Source: Octopus sinensis (taxonomy: Eukaryota). From it: a stretch of DNA of 64,000 nt. Position 1 is the first letter of the stretch. Each line of letters opens with the position of its first letter. Where the stretch lies: positions 106,950,001 through 107,014,000 of the forward strand of contig NC_042999.1 of the NCBI RefSeq assembly GCF_006345805.1. Direction: 5' to 3'. The notes beneath the pieces were generated by a model. The model ran no database searches. It saw nothing but the letters and a program-made list of their open reading frames with translations, and was not told where the DNA came from. The translations under genes were made by a program, and so were the position numbers. This document shows, piece by piece, positions 1-12,081 of this stretch.

Positions 1-1650
1 AATCAGAGCTATTAGGTTGAATGTGAGATAGCTATCATCTGACTAAATGAGGCAAAAGGGTAAAATTAATTAATCAATAAATAATTAATAATTTTACCAA
101 GTAGTTCGGTATGTTAAAAGAACCATTATCAGTAAACTTATACAAAAATTCTATAATTATGAGTAACCCATGCTAGCATGGAAAACGGACGCTAAACGAC
201 GATGATGATATTTATAATTAGGATTCAGCAAAATTTGCTTCACCACATACTGAAATTTAGAAATAGCAGCTAAAACTACTATTTCACTACCATAAGAAAA
301 TCTCCCAGACAGCAATACTCATACTTATAGAATTTATATATATACATATATATATGCCAAGTAAAATCACTGTCTCCCACACATACAAGATTGTCCTTTC
401 AGGTGCTGGTTCCACTCAAAAAGCACCCATGCCAGAGCTGCGTTATCACACCCAGCACATTCTATTAAGCAGATGGCATCAGGAAGGGCATCCAGCCAGA
501 CAGCTAGAATTTGGACAGCTCTCTGCTAGCCACCTCCATGCCAAACCATCCAACCCATGCCACCATGGAAAGCATACATTAAAAAATGATGATGATGATG
601 ATGGTGTGTGTGTGTGTGTACACACACTAAGAGTAAATTATCTCTTATCACTCATGTGCTCGGTACCATGACATAGCAACAAAGTTATTTGAGAAGAAAC
701 ATTTCCATTCTACATTATATAAACTAAACTATAACTTTTCAAACTGTATTTTAATTTCACCATTACAGTCAAGCTAATCACTTTGTGCTTGTTTTGGGTA
801 AAGCTATTACTCTCTGGACACTGTCATAAAGATCATATTATGTTTTAATATACTGTCACTTAAGATGATTTCACAGCACATTTTCCAGAGAGAAAAATAA
901 AGGCAAATAGAATGTTATTTAGAAGAACAAACCTATTGTATTTTTACAGAAAGTGTATGAAAACATCATCATTATTATCATCATCATCATTATCATTAAT
1001 ATCATCATCCTCATAATCATCACTATTATCATAACTGTTGCTGCTGCTGTAGTTGTTATCACTTTTACATCTACTTTTTCCATGTTGGCATGGGTTAGAC
1101 CAGAATTCTAAGGCAGTACAGTTAGGATTTACAGATGGATTTCTTAGGTTATACTGAAGTAGGTGAGGTGTATGAGAAATTGAGAGAGTGACAGACAATT
1201 CCTAATGCCAGACATTTACTTGTTTTCAAATAAGACACTTTATTCCATTGGGATAAACAAATGTCACTGCTACACATGTGATGTCAGTCTGAAGACTTGC
1301 AAAAATAAACATTCATATGTATATGTGTGTGTGTGTGTGTCTGCATGTGTGTGTGTATATGTGTCTGTGAGTGTGTGTGTATACACACATGCATGTGCAT
1401 GTGTGTGTGCTTGTCTTGAGAGAAGTGTATAGGTTTCCAAACAGCACTTGTCATCTTAATTGCACACACATGGTATTGATCCAGCTGAGACTGTAGTAAA
1501 AGATGTTTGTGTTGGGAAGAAGAATTGTAAGAGTGGCTTGACAGGAATGTATTGCATGCAGGACATAAATAAAACAATATGCTTTTGGGACCTCAGTTTT
1601 GCACATTGTGTCTATATATGCATATATATATATGTATGTATATATGTATG

Positions 1651-1696
<46 letters not shown>

Positions 1697-1843
1697 TCGT
1701 CAGTGGATTATGTATCTGTAAAGGAAGCCACCATTGAGCTTGACAAGCCATCTATAAAGCCTAGTACTTTATGTATGCAAAACCATTGGTCAATCTATGA
1801 CCGGACACATATATTTAACTACTTGCAAATATATGTGTGTGTG

Positions 1844-1874
<31 letters not shown>

Positions 1875-2746
1875 GTGTGTGTGTGTGTATGTATGAGTGA
1901 GTAATAAAGAGGTGCAGGTGTCAATCCATAATGGCTGTTTCCAACGACTCCTTTAATTGGTTAATGAGAACATTATATCATTGTAAAGAAACCATTTTCA
2001 TCAGATAAATTCATGATCTTCAATCATAAACAACAGTCCGACTTATTCGACATAGTTAACAAAGTCACAGAGTAAAAATATTTTCATTGATACATGTATT
2101 TTTGTTTTTACTTATACTTTTATTTCTTCCTGGCATAAGCAAAACAAGAAGCCCAGCAGACGCACAATGTAGGAATACACCTTTGACGCAGGTCTGACGA
2201 AATAGCACTCTAATGTTTAAAACCGCAAATATTAAGTAAATTTTCATTTGGAACATGTGTGTGAACTGGTGTTGAAAGCACAGTTGGTACAGAAATAATT
2301 GTAACTGGTCGTAAAAGATGTGGGAAAATCTTTGTCCTCTTATTTTGATTGCATTTTACTCTCCCCAAACTGACACAAAGGTTTTACCGTTATGACACCT
2401 GAAGAATTTTGATATTATGCAAGACTAGAATCCGAAAGTGTAGACAGCCTAAATTTCGAGTTGAATGCTGCACAGGAAATGCCCCATCTTGCTACCTTCT
2501 CATTCTACATTGTATATATGTATATAGAGAGTTAACAGGTGAAATCTAGAGATGCTCAATATTGAAAACACGTCGCAGTGGTCCAATGATTTGAACTTAC
2601 ACGCCAAAGTCTTTATCGCAGACTAAGTCCGAGGGATAAGTGGCTATAAGAGGAATCCAGGTGAGCTGATATGAAGATAGTGATACAAATAAACACGCTT
2701 GGGACTGAAATGCAAAATATACATGCATATACACGTGTATGTATAT

Positions 2747-2798
<52 letters not shown>

Positions 2799-5108
2799 AT
2801 ATACAGAGAGACAAACTAAAACTGAAAATATTTCAACTGAAAAATATGCGTTCCGTTTGTAAAATCATCTGACGAGGTGCTTCTGCACCGAGGGACGCAC
2901 CGCGATTGTACAGTATCTCACCCGCCAGCGATCGATGTGGGAGGCGTCGAAACGATTGTTGTGGTTAATAAATTTTCTCGTATATTCCATTTGGCGTCTT
3001 TATCATTTGTTATATACTCAATGAAATTTGAGGAATTCCTGAGGTAGATCCAACGACAATTGTGTATATACCGTAGGTGATGTTTGAGTTTTTGTTTTTA
3101 AAAAAGTGAATCTTATACTCTATTGTCAGGATGAGTGAAAATGTGGAGCTGGTAAATGAAGATATATTTCGTTGGCTACGTGGAGAATAACTAAAGCAAA
3201 CTCGAGAACATTTAACTGAAATATTTATTGCCGGGCATAAATATATTTGGTGTTAGCTATTTATAGTGGACAACGTTAATAATTGCTGACTGGAAGAGAG
3301 ATAAGCTCCCTGAAATTATAGCAAGCTATCTGTGTGACAGCATACCGTCGGTCCAAACATATACGAAGTCAGTTGCGCAAATCTCCAAGTTGACAGAGGG
3401 CCCTTGGTCGTTTGTACTCCAAGCTCTGCGCCAAACGTTTTTATTGGGTACCCTAAGCCACATTTTAGAACGTTTGAGAAAACCATATCACATCACAGTC
3501 TCACCTCGACTGTCGATTAATACAAATTAATGTATGCACTGAATACAGAATAAATGCTAAAAGAATGTCTATGTAAGGATAAGTTCGTAAAATATGCAAA
3601 GCTCTGCAGTTCTTTTTTTTTTTTTTGGCGGGAGGACAATAAAAAAGGAAAATTTCTTGTATGTAGAAAAAATGGATCAGGGTGTTTCCAGAATGCGAAG
3701 CATTTATATGAAAATGGGAAAATGCTTCTGCTGTAGAAATGTCTAGCCCTCTTGATACAACATATCTACAGTAAACTGTGGAATATAATCAAGATGGCAC
3801 TCATTTGCGTTGGATTATAATGCGTAGATTATTGGTTGACGATCAACATACATGATGAAGGTTCTTCTTTTCAAGAAACGACGTAATTGCGTTATTGACA
3901 TGAGCTGCTGTTTACCCGAGTTTGAGCAGCTAACTTCAAAAGAAAATAGTTGAATGCAAGAAATTAACGATTTCTGAAGTCCTTGAGATACGAGAGCATC
4001 AGCGTGTAAAGTATCAAGTCATTGCCATTGTGCAAGCTTGATTATCAGAGGCCGAAGCTTGTCTAAAGCTGTCTGACCAAAAATCGCCAGTTCAGAGGAA
4101 ATGGAAGAGATGAAATTAGGAGCATAAGTATCCGCATTAGAAGCATCTGAAGAGGAGATGTTCATAAAACTGTGTGAAGCTGCCATTTTTAAAACACAAA
4201 TTAGTTGGAATCACTCAAACGAAAGGATATGAAATGATTAACTACTGATTGTTACAACAAAATCGGGAAGGTTCTGGAATAAATGCGCTCCGGAATCATT
4301 GATTCGAGAGATGAAATTTTCCTCGGTGTTGAAACTTGGTTTTGAATTATTTCAAGCAAATGAAAGATAGTCTAAGCGTTAGTAGTCACGCTGTCTTCAA
4401 ACATCATGACTTTAACAGGTGGGGGTTGCAGTAGTAAAAGGTATGAGTAGCGGTGTCTGCTCCTACTTTGATCTTCACACTCTGTTGTTGGTAGTAGTGA
4501 CGAGTTGTTTTTCGTGAGATTTATGTGCCGGGTCTAGTTTTTGCAGCTTTTGCTGGCTTTTTCCTGAATTGAATATCAACAAATGTTATTAGATCAAGAG
4601 AAACGTCTGGATCAACACTGTCGCTTCTTTTTGCTGTAGAGAATGTATCATTGCTGGACCTTTTTGTTGGAGGAAAGTTGCTTATAGAATAACTGAAACA
4701 AGCTCACAACAATTTAACAGAAATATTTATCGCCGGACATAAAGACATCTAGCGTTGGCTGCATACAATGAACAGCATTAATAACTGCTGACTGAGATAT
4801 AGACAGACTACTCTGATATTATAGAAAGTTATCAGTATGACAATATGCAGTCGGCTCAAAAATTTACGAAGTCAACTGCGCAAATGTCCGTAATGGCACA
4901 AGACCCTCGACGGTTTGCGCGCCAAACGGCTTTTATAAGGGACCAGAAGCCAATTTCTAGAACTCTTCAGAAAACCATTTCACACCACAGCCCCATGCTG
5001 ATTAGACGATTAATTGACCGATCGCGTGAAACTAGGGTGGTTACTTCGTGGTGTCTGACCGATTATCTAGCGGTTAGATTCCGAATCACCACCACGCTAT
5101 CAAATACA

Positions 5109-5157
<49 letters not shown>

Positions 5158-6515
5158 TGTGTGTATGAGTGTTCGTTTATATATAACTATAAATATATAT
5201 AGTGTACATATAAAGAAATCTACAAATCAATAAGTGTAGTGTAGCTTGGTTCCATATGAGATTATCTTCTCTCAGAAATTTACTGGAAATAAATCCAAAA
5301 CTTTTGTATATTTTCGTTCGATTTCTTTCTTTATTTTATGACTACAAATAATATTTTAAACAAAAAAAAGCTATTGCTTTCGTTTGTGGCTTTGGTTAAA
5401 TGGGTCTTGATATATTGGTATGATGTTAAGACTGCGTGCTGACCCATAATAAAGCCAACACCAACATTGTTTAAATAACATTTATTTTTACAGAAGTATA
5501 TCGCAACATTTACATAATTACATACTGGCTTGCTAGTAGTGTATTGTGGTGTGCTAGAAGTAAATGTAGTTCATAGTTACATTAATAAAAAAAAAAAATA
5601 AATGCTTCACATGAGTTGGAAAAATCTATTTTCTTCATAGTTCATGATTCCTTTAACCAATTATCAAGCAGCAACCAAGTAATTTTGTCTTCTCAGGGAC
5701 CTATTGTCTATATCCGCATACAATTGTGGCCTGTGCACATGGCGTCCTCAGCCTCATATCTATCACTTCTGGTTTGCTTTTGACTAAGCAGTAGCTCGTT
5801 ACATATTTGCGTGGCGACAGTTGAGGATATTATATTCATTATAAATATTTGAAGAAGAGTATTGTAAACAAAGTGATTCTTTTTAACACCGGTCGAGCAG
5901 ACAGAGAATCATGTATTTGGCTATCTTCCTTGGAACCTTCTCAAATCTCTGGTCCGATTCTGGCATTTTCGCTTTTATAAACCCCAATTACACAGGAACA
6001 TTATATGATATGGGGCAATATTTCACCGGTTATCAGGGCACGTTGCCTGATCTACGTGTAGTCTACTCTTGTAAGGTTTCGATTCCATTCTAGGCCTCAC
6101 TACACATTCAAATATTTCTTGAAGTTTATAAAGTTCTTAAAAAATAAATTGATTTAAATATATTGACTCATAGTAGGTATCACATATGAAGACAAAGTAA
6201 AAAAACACAACTTAGGACAATAATGAATTAAAACTACAGTCAAGTTAAAATAGCTTACCGTCCTATTTCAGCTGCTAAAAGTGTGTGTGTGGGGGGGGGA
6301 GACAACAACAAAATCACAGCCCGCAGGCAAAACAGTTACAATTTTCACAAGATTAATAATTAATTCAACAAGTGTATTTAACTGAAAAATCATAGCGAAT
6401 AAACGCGGAAACTGAAATTAGTCGTTCGCAAACAGGACTCAGTTGAACTGCTGATAGTTAAAGGTAGTTAATAATTAAAGTAAGGTGAATCCATATATGC
6501 AGAATGTTAGTGGGA

Positions 6516-6579
6516 ACCGGGTCCCTGCAAGCCCTACTTCCGCCCTCCCTTATCTGTCGTCCTCTCCACCGACACCACA
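6516..6579 (-). repeat. Truncated 3' LTR remnant (64 bp)
   Basis: accgggtccctgcaagcc...ccgacaccaca matches 10488-10551; homology stops at 6516. Confidence 0.9.
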
Positions 6580-6589
6580 CGCCCCCCCT
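6580..6589 (-). promoter_or_regulatory. Polypurine tract (AGGGGGGGCG) abutting the 3' LTR
   Basis: Purine run on the minus strand immediately before TGTGG. Confidence 0.85.
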
Positions 6590-6646
6590 GATCTACAGAT
6601 CACTGAACCGGCTTTCTCACTCGCTCCCCGCTTCCGAACTCACACC

Positions 6647-7318
6647 TTAACTGGTTTCATAATCAGCCAACCAGGGAGGAGGGTGCCGTTCCCTCTGTGG
6701 TTGCAGTGCGACCCTAGGACTGGTTTCTGGCATGTTGCCGCTGACCTCATCATCCTGTCTACTGGTGTTGTTTTCATCTTGCCCGCTGCTGCTGGTCGCA
6801 TCCTCTGAGGCATGGACAATCCTCAGTATATCCAAAACGTGGCGTGGCATACCATCGACCGAGATGTTATTCTTTGAATTTACAGAGGTTATTGTTCCCT
6901 TTCTCCATTGTGATGTACACCGCGCGTTTGGGGGTTTTACCCAAACTTCTTCCCCAACCTGCACGAAGGCGTGCTCTTCCTCTGCCCCGGGTCGCATTGA
7001 TGCAGTACACGGATGCCTCCACTCGTACCTGAATATCGCCCTGTGTGGCACCGACTCCTCAGCCTGTCCTGATCTGGGCGACATTTTGTACCAAAATACA
7101 GCCTCGATTGGTGAAATGTGACCCCTCTCTGCCATGGCCTTGATGGTACGATGATGCCTTTCCACCACCCCATTTCCACTTGGCCGGTATGCCGCCCTGA
7201 AGAAGCGGTTGACCTTCCACCCATCAAGCATTTCTTTCAGCACATCCGAGCGAAATGCAGTGCCATTGTCCAGAAGCAGTTCATCCACGGGGCCTCGTTC
7301 CAGGAATATCTCATTCAA
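6647..7318 (-). pseudogene. pol: Pol: integrase catalytic core and C-terminus
   Basis: LLLDNGTAFRS and RPSGNGVVERHHRTIK; same frame as 7322..8905 (EEIV*VLNEIF). Confidence 0.9.
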
Positions 7319-7321
7319 TAC

Positions 7322-8905
7322 TTACACAATTTCTTCTGCAGTCCCCGTCTTCATCTCCCTCCATATGGCCAACCGCCCCGGTCCGCAGTCAACCATTGAG
7401 AGGTATGTTCCCTGCCGGTAGTGTGTTATGTCCACCGCCAGTCGTTTCCAGTCATGGTCCACTGGAATACTTTCCGCTTCATGTGCGCCCGGAGCAGGGT
7501 CGATGGACTGGCACCTGTCACAACTGCTAACCACTCTCTGCACGCTCTGTCTTGTTACATCGGAGTCAACTTTTCTGGCTAGGAACAATGTCCTGTCCAC
7601 ACCCATGTGATGCATGGTGTGCAGTCTCCGCAACTCCGAGTCGCTCAGACGGCATACTGCAGCTACAGCCTGCTTCGCATTCTCTGGCACCTGCAACCAG
7701 GCTCGCTTTACCCTGGTCAGGACGTCCGCCCTGTTCTTCTCGGAAGGCACAAAGATCACGCTCAGCTTCAGATTGAACTCAGTGGTTAGTTCACGCAGTA
7801 TTCCCAATCGACGCTTTACCAGCATCTCTGCAGCCCCTTTGGTCAGCACCCTCCGCTCATTGGTGATGACTGCTGTCATCCAGCCAAGTACAGTGGCCGG
7901 ATCAGTCCTGATTTCTATGGTGTGCAACCCCCACTTCAAGGCTAGGTTCACCCCCTTCAACACGGCATCCAACTCCGCCACATTGATATGATTGCAGTCA
8001 TCCGTCTTCCTGTGCCAGGCTGCATCTTCCACCGTGACACCTCCCACTTCTAAGACAACCCCTGTTGCGATGCTACTGGCGTCACACCATACAATTCCGC
8101 TCTTTGATTTGGGAACATACCAGCTGCCCCTCACTGGGTCCTCTGCTCCTACTCTGACCAAGGCTTCCTGCATCATGTCGATCGTCTTCTCCCCCACTCT
8201 ATCATTCCACTTCACTCCTTCGGCTCGTCTCTTGATGAAGCTACATGCTGTCCGGAGCCAACCTGCAATCGGGTAGTGTCCCACCAGCTTCCCACACACA
8301 GAGAACAGTTCCCAGCTACTCATGCTGGCGCCCAGTTCAGGGACCTCATTCCCTCGCCGGAACACAAACGCGCCGGCCTTGTCTCTCCATAGCTTGAGGC
8401 CCAGTGCAGCACCTCCCTCCATTGCCTCTGGTGGCTTGGCGATCAGTCCAAAACTCTTCAAGTGGCCTATAACATCCGTTGCTGGTATTACGGTTTCATC
8501 CACCAGAATGTCATCGATGTACGAATTGGTGGCCCTTTTTGCTCTGTCAACCTTTCCCAGGATGGCCTTGAGAATTGTTGCCATAATCTTTGGCGCTGAA
8601 TTCAGCCCGAACCCCAACCTGGTCAGACAGTACGTTCGGCCCTTATACCTGACGAGCTGGTACTTCCACAATTTCTCAGTCACATGCACCTGTAGGTATG
8701 CCGACTTCAAATCAACAATCGTGGAGGCCCCTGTCATCTGCTTCCACTCTCGCAAGGTGTCTCCGCAAACATCCGTGGCCTCGCCGCCTGTATGACACGA
8801 TACGTGGTCATTCAGCTCTCGAAAGTCAAGCACTGGCCTGACCTTATGCTTTGTGGGCTGTATCACCGCCATCAATGTCAGGACTCCGCTCTCTTTTTTT
8901 CCCAA
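7322..8905 (-). pseudogene. pol: Pol: reverse transcriptase, RNase H and integrase zinc finger
   Basis: RPVLDFRELN, DLKSAYLQV, LGFGLNSAP, SYIDDIL; WCDASS, HINVAELDAV; H..HHMG...CDRC. Ends at a premature TAA (7322-7324) in frame with the next ORF. Confidence 0.9.
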
Positions 8906-9594
8906 GGGATCAATATGCCCTCCTTAATCCACCGCTCCACCTCCCCCTCGAACTCACTTCTGGCATCTCCTTTTAGAGTATGCTGATAGCAACCCACTTT
9001 ATTCTTTAACATCGGGGGCTCTCCCTTCCAGTGCCACTCCATTGTCCACCTTTTGACATCAAATACAGCCCGAAAATCCTGTTCTTCAATGGTCTGCGCA
9101 GCATGCTTTTCCTCACGGTTGTCGCCGGTGCATGGTCTCGCCCTACACGGTTTCTCCGCTAACCCAAGTGTTACACCAGCCTCGTTAATGGTGACACCTC
9201 CCAAGCGGGTGATTGCATCCATACCCATCACCACATCGATCTCGATCACCAAGTGACCAACCACAATTGCTCGCAGCGTCAGCTGTAGTCCCTGCACTAC
9301 AATCCGCGCATCTGTAACCCCTTCGCAGTGTACTTCTCTTCCGTCGACAGCTCTAACACTGCTTTCTCCACTCCACGTCTCTGCCACTTCTGTAGTCATC
9401 AGGGTTGTCGTACAGCCCGTGTCCACAAGGGCTCGCGACATCTTCCCCTCTATCAGAATGTCGTCCACAGGAAGCGACGATAAACGCCCTTCTACTGATC
9501 CGAAGGGACAACTACCGGCGCAGTAGTCTCCCGTAGTCCGTTTTCCCGTAGACATTCGCTGGCTATAGGCCCCGGTTCTCGACACCGGTAGCAA
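8878..9594 (-). pseudogene. pol: Pol N-terminal part: aspartic protease and start of RT
   Basis: ALVDTGCTT catalytic motif and VVMGMDAI flap-like motif; a frameshift to the RT ORF falls near an A7 run at ~8894-8900. Confidence 0.85.
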
Positions 9595-10250
9595 ATCACC
9601 TCAGGCTTGGGTGACACGCAGTCACGCACCATGTGTGGACCTTGGCACCGGAATCACTGCCCTTTGAACGGTCGTACATGTTCTTTCTTCGGCCCTTCTC
9701 CGCTGCTCCTAGCTGGGCCACTTTTCGATGTTGCAGTCGCAGCTACCGACGTCGTCCTGCTGCACGAAACTAGTACGCGTGCCCGAGATATGATGTCCGC
9801 CATCGGCATCGAATGCACATTCGGAAGCTGCTGTAGGTCGACCGACATGTTGTCAGGAAAGCCAGTCACGAACGCCAACCTAACCATCCGGTCCAGCGAC
9901 TCTCCCTCGTAACCCGCCAGTTTAGCCAATCTCCTAAGTTCATTGGCGAACACGTCCATCTGTTGCCCAGTCCATCTTGTTCTACCCAGGCGAGCGTATG
10001 CCTCAAACATTCCCTCCGCAAAGGCCTCCATCAACCGTATTTCCACTTTCTCTGCGCTGAGTTGGTCTGTCTCCTCCATCTCTAAATACAGCGCCAATGC
10101 TGGACCATCCAAGTACAGTGGCATGAAGCTCGCCAGGTCACTTATACCATGGAGCTTCGCCACCAACTTCACTTTCTTCAGCCAAGCGACTACATCTGTG
10201 TCGCCGCAGAACGGTTTTATCATTTCGTGCGAAATACGGGCACTCATCAT
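9555..10250 (-). pseudogene. gag: Gag (capsid-like region plus two CCHC zinc knuckles), with a nonsense codon at 9654-9656
   Basis: ORF 9654..10250 (PFCGDTDVVAWLKKVKLVA...). Reading through the stop gives GQ*FRCQGPHMVRDC and ICYRCREPGPIASEC (second knuckle has H replaced by P). Confidence 0.85.
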
Positions 10251-10271
10251 TCGTTTTTTTGTTTTTTTTAT

Positions 10272-10283
10272 GCCGAAATAGCT
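10272..10283 (-). promoter_or_regulatory. Putative primer-binding site AGCTATTTCGGC, complementary to tRNA-Phe nt 1-12
   Basis: Directly follows the 5' LTR end. The plus strand reads GCCGAAATAGCT, the recalled 5' end of animal cytosolic tRNA-Phe(GAA). Confidence 0.65.
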
Positions 10284-10551
10284 TGTAGTGTGACGGATGA
10301 AGAGGACAACAGAAAAAGAGAAGGAAATACAACGGGCCTTACCTCAGCGAAGATCAGATCTCTCTCGGCAAAGTCAATGCGTCTAGTCGCTTCATCATCT
10401 CAGCTCGAACTGCCCTTCGTTGATCGCCACACGTGCGTGCTCCTTGACCGCTTCTGCTTCCCCCGCGCATGCGCCCTCCAGTCTTGCACCGGGTCCCTGC
10501 AAGCCCTACTTCCGCCCTCCCTTATCTGCCGTCCTCTCCACCGATACCACA
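10284..10551 (-). repeat. 5' LTR (268 bp, TGTGG...CTACA on minus strand)
   Basis: Has TG...CA termini. Its first 64 nt (minus sense) match the remnant at 6516-6579 with 2 transitions. Confidence 0.9.
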
Positions 10552-10596
10552 ATATATTCCTCCGTCTTCCCTTCCTTGGATCTTTCCTTTTCCTAT

Positions 10597-10631
10597 GTTT
10601 CTGACGAAGAGCTCCGCTCGAAATGTTAAAT
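10597..10631 (+). ncRNA. Minimal type I hammerhead-ribozyme-like motif (Penelope-type)
   Basis: GTTT-CTGACGA-A-GAGC-TCC-GCTC-GAAA-TG-TT-AAAT: stem I GUUU/AAAU, stem II GAGC/GCUC, GUU cleavage triplet. Confidence 0.55.
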
Positions 10632-11448
10632 CCTCTTTCTTTCTTTCCTTTCCTGAGCGTCCACGTCCTCGTGTTGTCGTGTTTTCTCTTTGTGTTTTCA
10701 TGTTTGGATTAACTATATATATATAGATATATATATTCCTATGTGTGTGTATATACCGAGGTAAAAAGTAAACACTGAGTGTATTTGGTTAATGTTCAGG
10801 AGATGGGAAAAGAGAAATGTCTCTAACCTTTCGAATATACATTCTCTTTATGAAAGAAAGTATAGATGAGGAAAGAAAGAGAAAAGCAGATGAGGAAAAC
10901 AGAAAAGGAACATGTGTGTATATAACAGTTATAGCTTGCTGACATCATAACTGTCATAGCAATGCTTATTAAGTACATTTGTTGCTTTTGCACAGAATGT
11001 GTCAAATATATTGTAAATGCTCAGCTTTTGATAAACTAAAACTACTGTCTCTTGAAAACCTTTGGGATGTATATGCAATCTATTCTTAAGAACATGTATG
11101 TGCCCATGTGCAAATATGCATATAGTTTGATAGTTTTGAATACATATAGATGTACAATATTTGTGAAATTAGGCAGTGCATTCTATATAGAAAATAACAT
11201 AATGTGGAATAATAGGTGAATCACTACAACATAATGTACACATTAAAAGTAATCATACTTTATTATATGTGGGTAAGTGATAAACATAATTTTCTTATTT
11301 TCTTGTTATATCAGAAGCTTTATTTACATCTTCATACTCTCATTAGTAACTTCCATCCTGTACATTTTTCAGCAACACCTACCAATTGGAAAATTCGAAA
11401 ATTCATATATATGAGTCAAAATGTTGTAATCAGCACAAAGATTTTATT

Positions 11449-11630
11449 TATTTATGTATTAAGGCTACTATTAGCTTCATGTTAAGAACAATATCTTACT
11501 ATTTTAACAAGTTTTCGAACAAATCACATGAAGGTATGGTGTTTGTCTCCATATCCAAGATTGAAAAATTGTTAAGATATTAATATATTTCTTTTAACAT
11601 TAAGCCAATGGTAGCCTTAATACACAAATA
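11449..11630. mobile_element. MITE-like element with ~65-bp imperfect terminal inverted repeats
   Basis: Left arm tatttatgtattaaggctactattagcttcatgttaag versus reverse complement of right arm tatttgtgtattaaggctaccattggcttaatgttaaa. Confidence 0.65.
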
Positions 11631-11830
11631 ACGAAATATATATATATAAGGATAAGATTGTTAATTTAAATATCGATCTTATCAAGTGACCAGCATTGGA
11701 ATAAAAACCTTCAAAGGAAATAATTATTATTAAAGTTATAATTTAGGGTATCTAAGAGATACCTCCACACTGGAAATAGCAGCCAAAACCACATTAAATG
11801 TTCATATAGCACCAGGAGATAATTTTAATA

Positions 11831-11871
<41 letters not shown>

Positions 11872-12031
11872 AAGAAAGAACTTACTGTGAACAAGGCTGC
11901 ATGGCGTTAGGACTTCACCAAGTGAAAAATATGTAAACACGCGATAGATAAGCACAGGACAAAGTACCAAAAGAAAATAACTCCTCTTCAGTTGTCGACT
12001 GTTTTACTACTCCCTATTTCGTACTTTCAAT

Positions 12032-12081
<50 letters not shown>

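Larger units (their letters stand above)
6516..10551 (-). mobile_element. Compact Ty3/Gypsy-type LTR retrotransposon, decayed, with truncated 3' LTR
   Basis: On the minus strand the order is gag, protease (LVDTGC), RT (YIDD), RNase H (CDAS...HINVAEL), integrase (HHCC; D-D-E: AVDIT, LDNGTAF, VERHH). 6516-6579 is a direct repeat of 10488-10551. A polypurine tract lies next to the left repeat. Confidence 0.95.

Noticed and set aside
2398-2450. CTGAAGA...CCGAAAG as a hammerhead
   Set aside because: No consistent stems I and III could be built.
3130-5010. Alternative genetic code suggested by stop codons shared between the two duplicated segments (GAA TAA, TGC TGA)
   Set aside because: Peptide similarity also switches frames and nearby elements read in the standard code; shared decay before duplication is simpler.
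9530-9560. Programmed -1 gag-pol frameshift at GGGAAAAC
   Set aside because: Pol is in the -1 frame, but the run is not phased as X XXY YYZ in the gag frame of this decayed copy; cannot be supported without intact copies.
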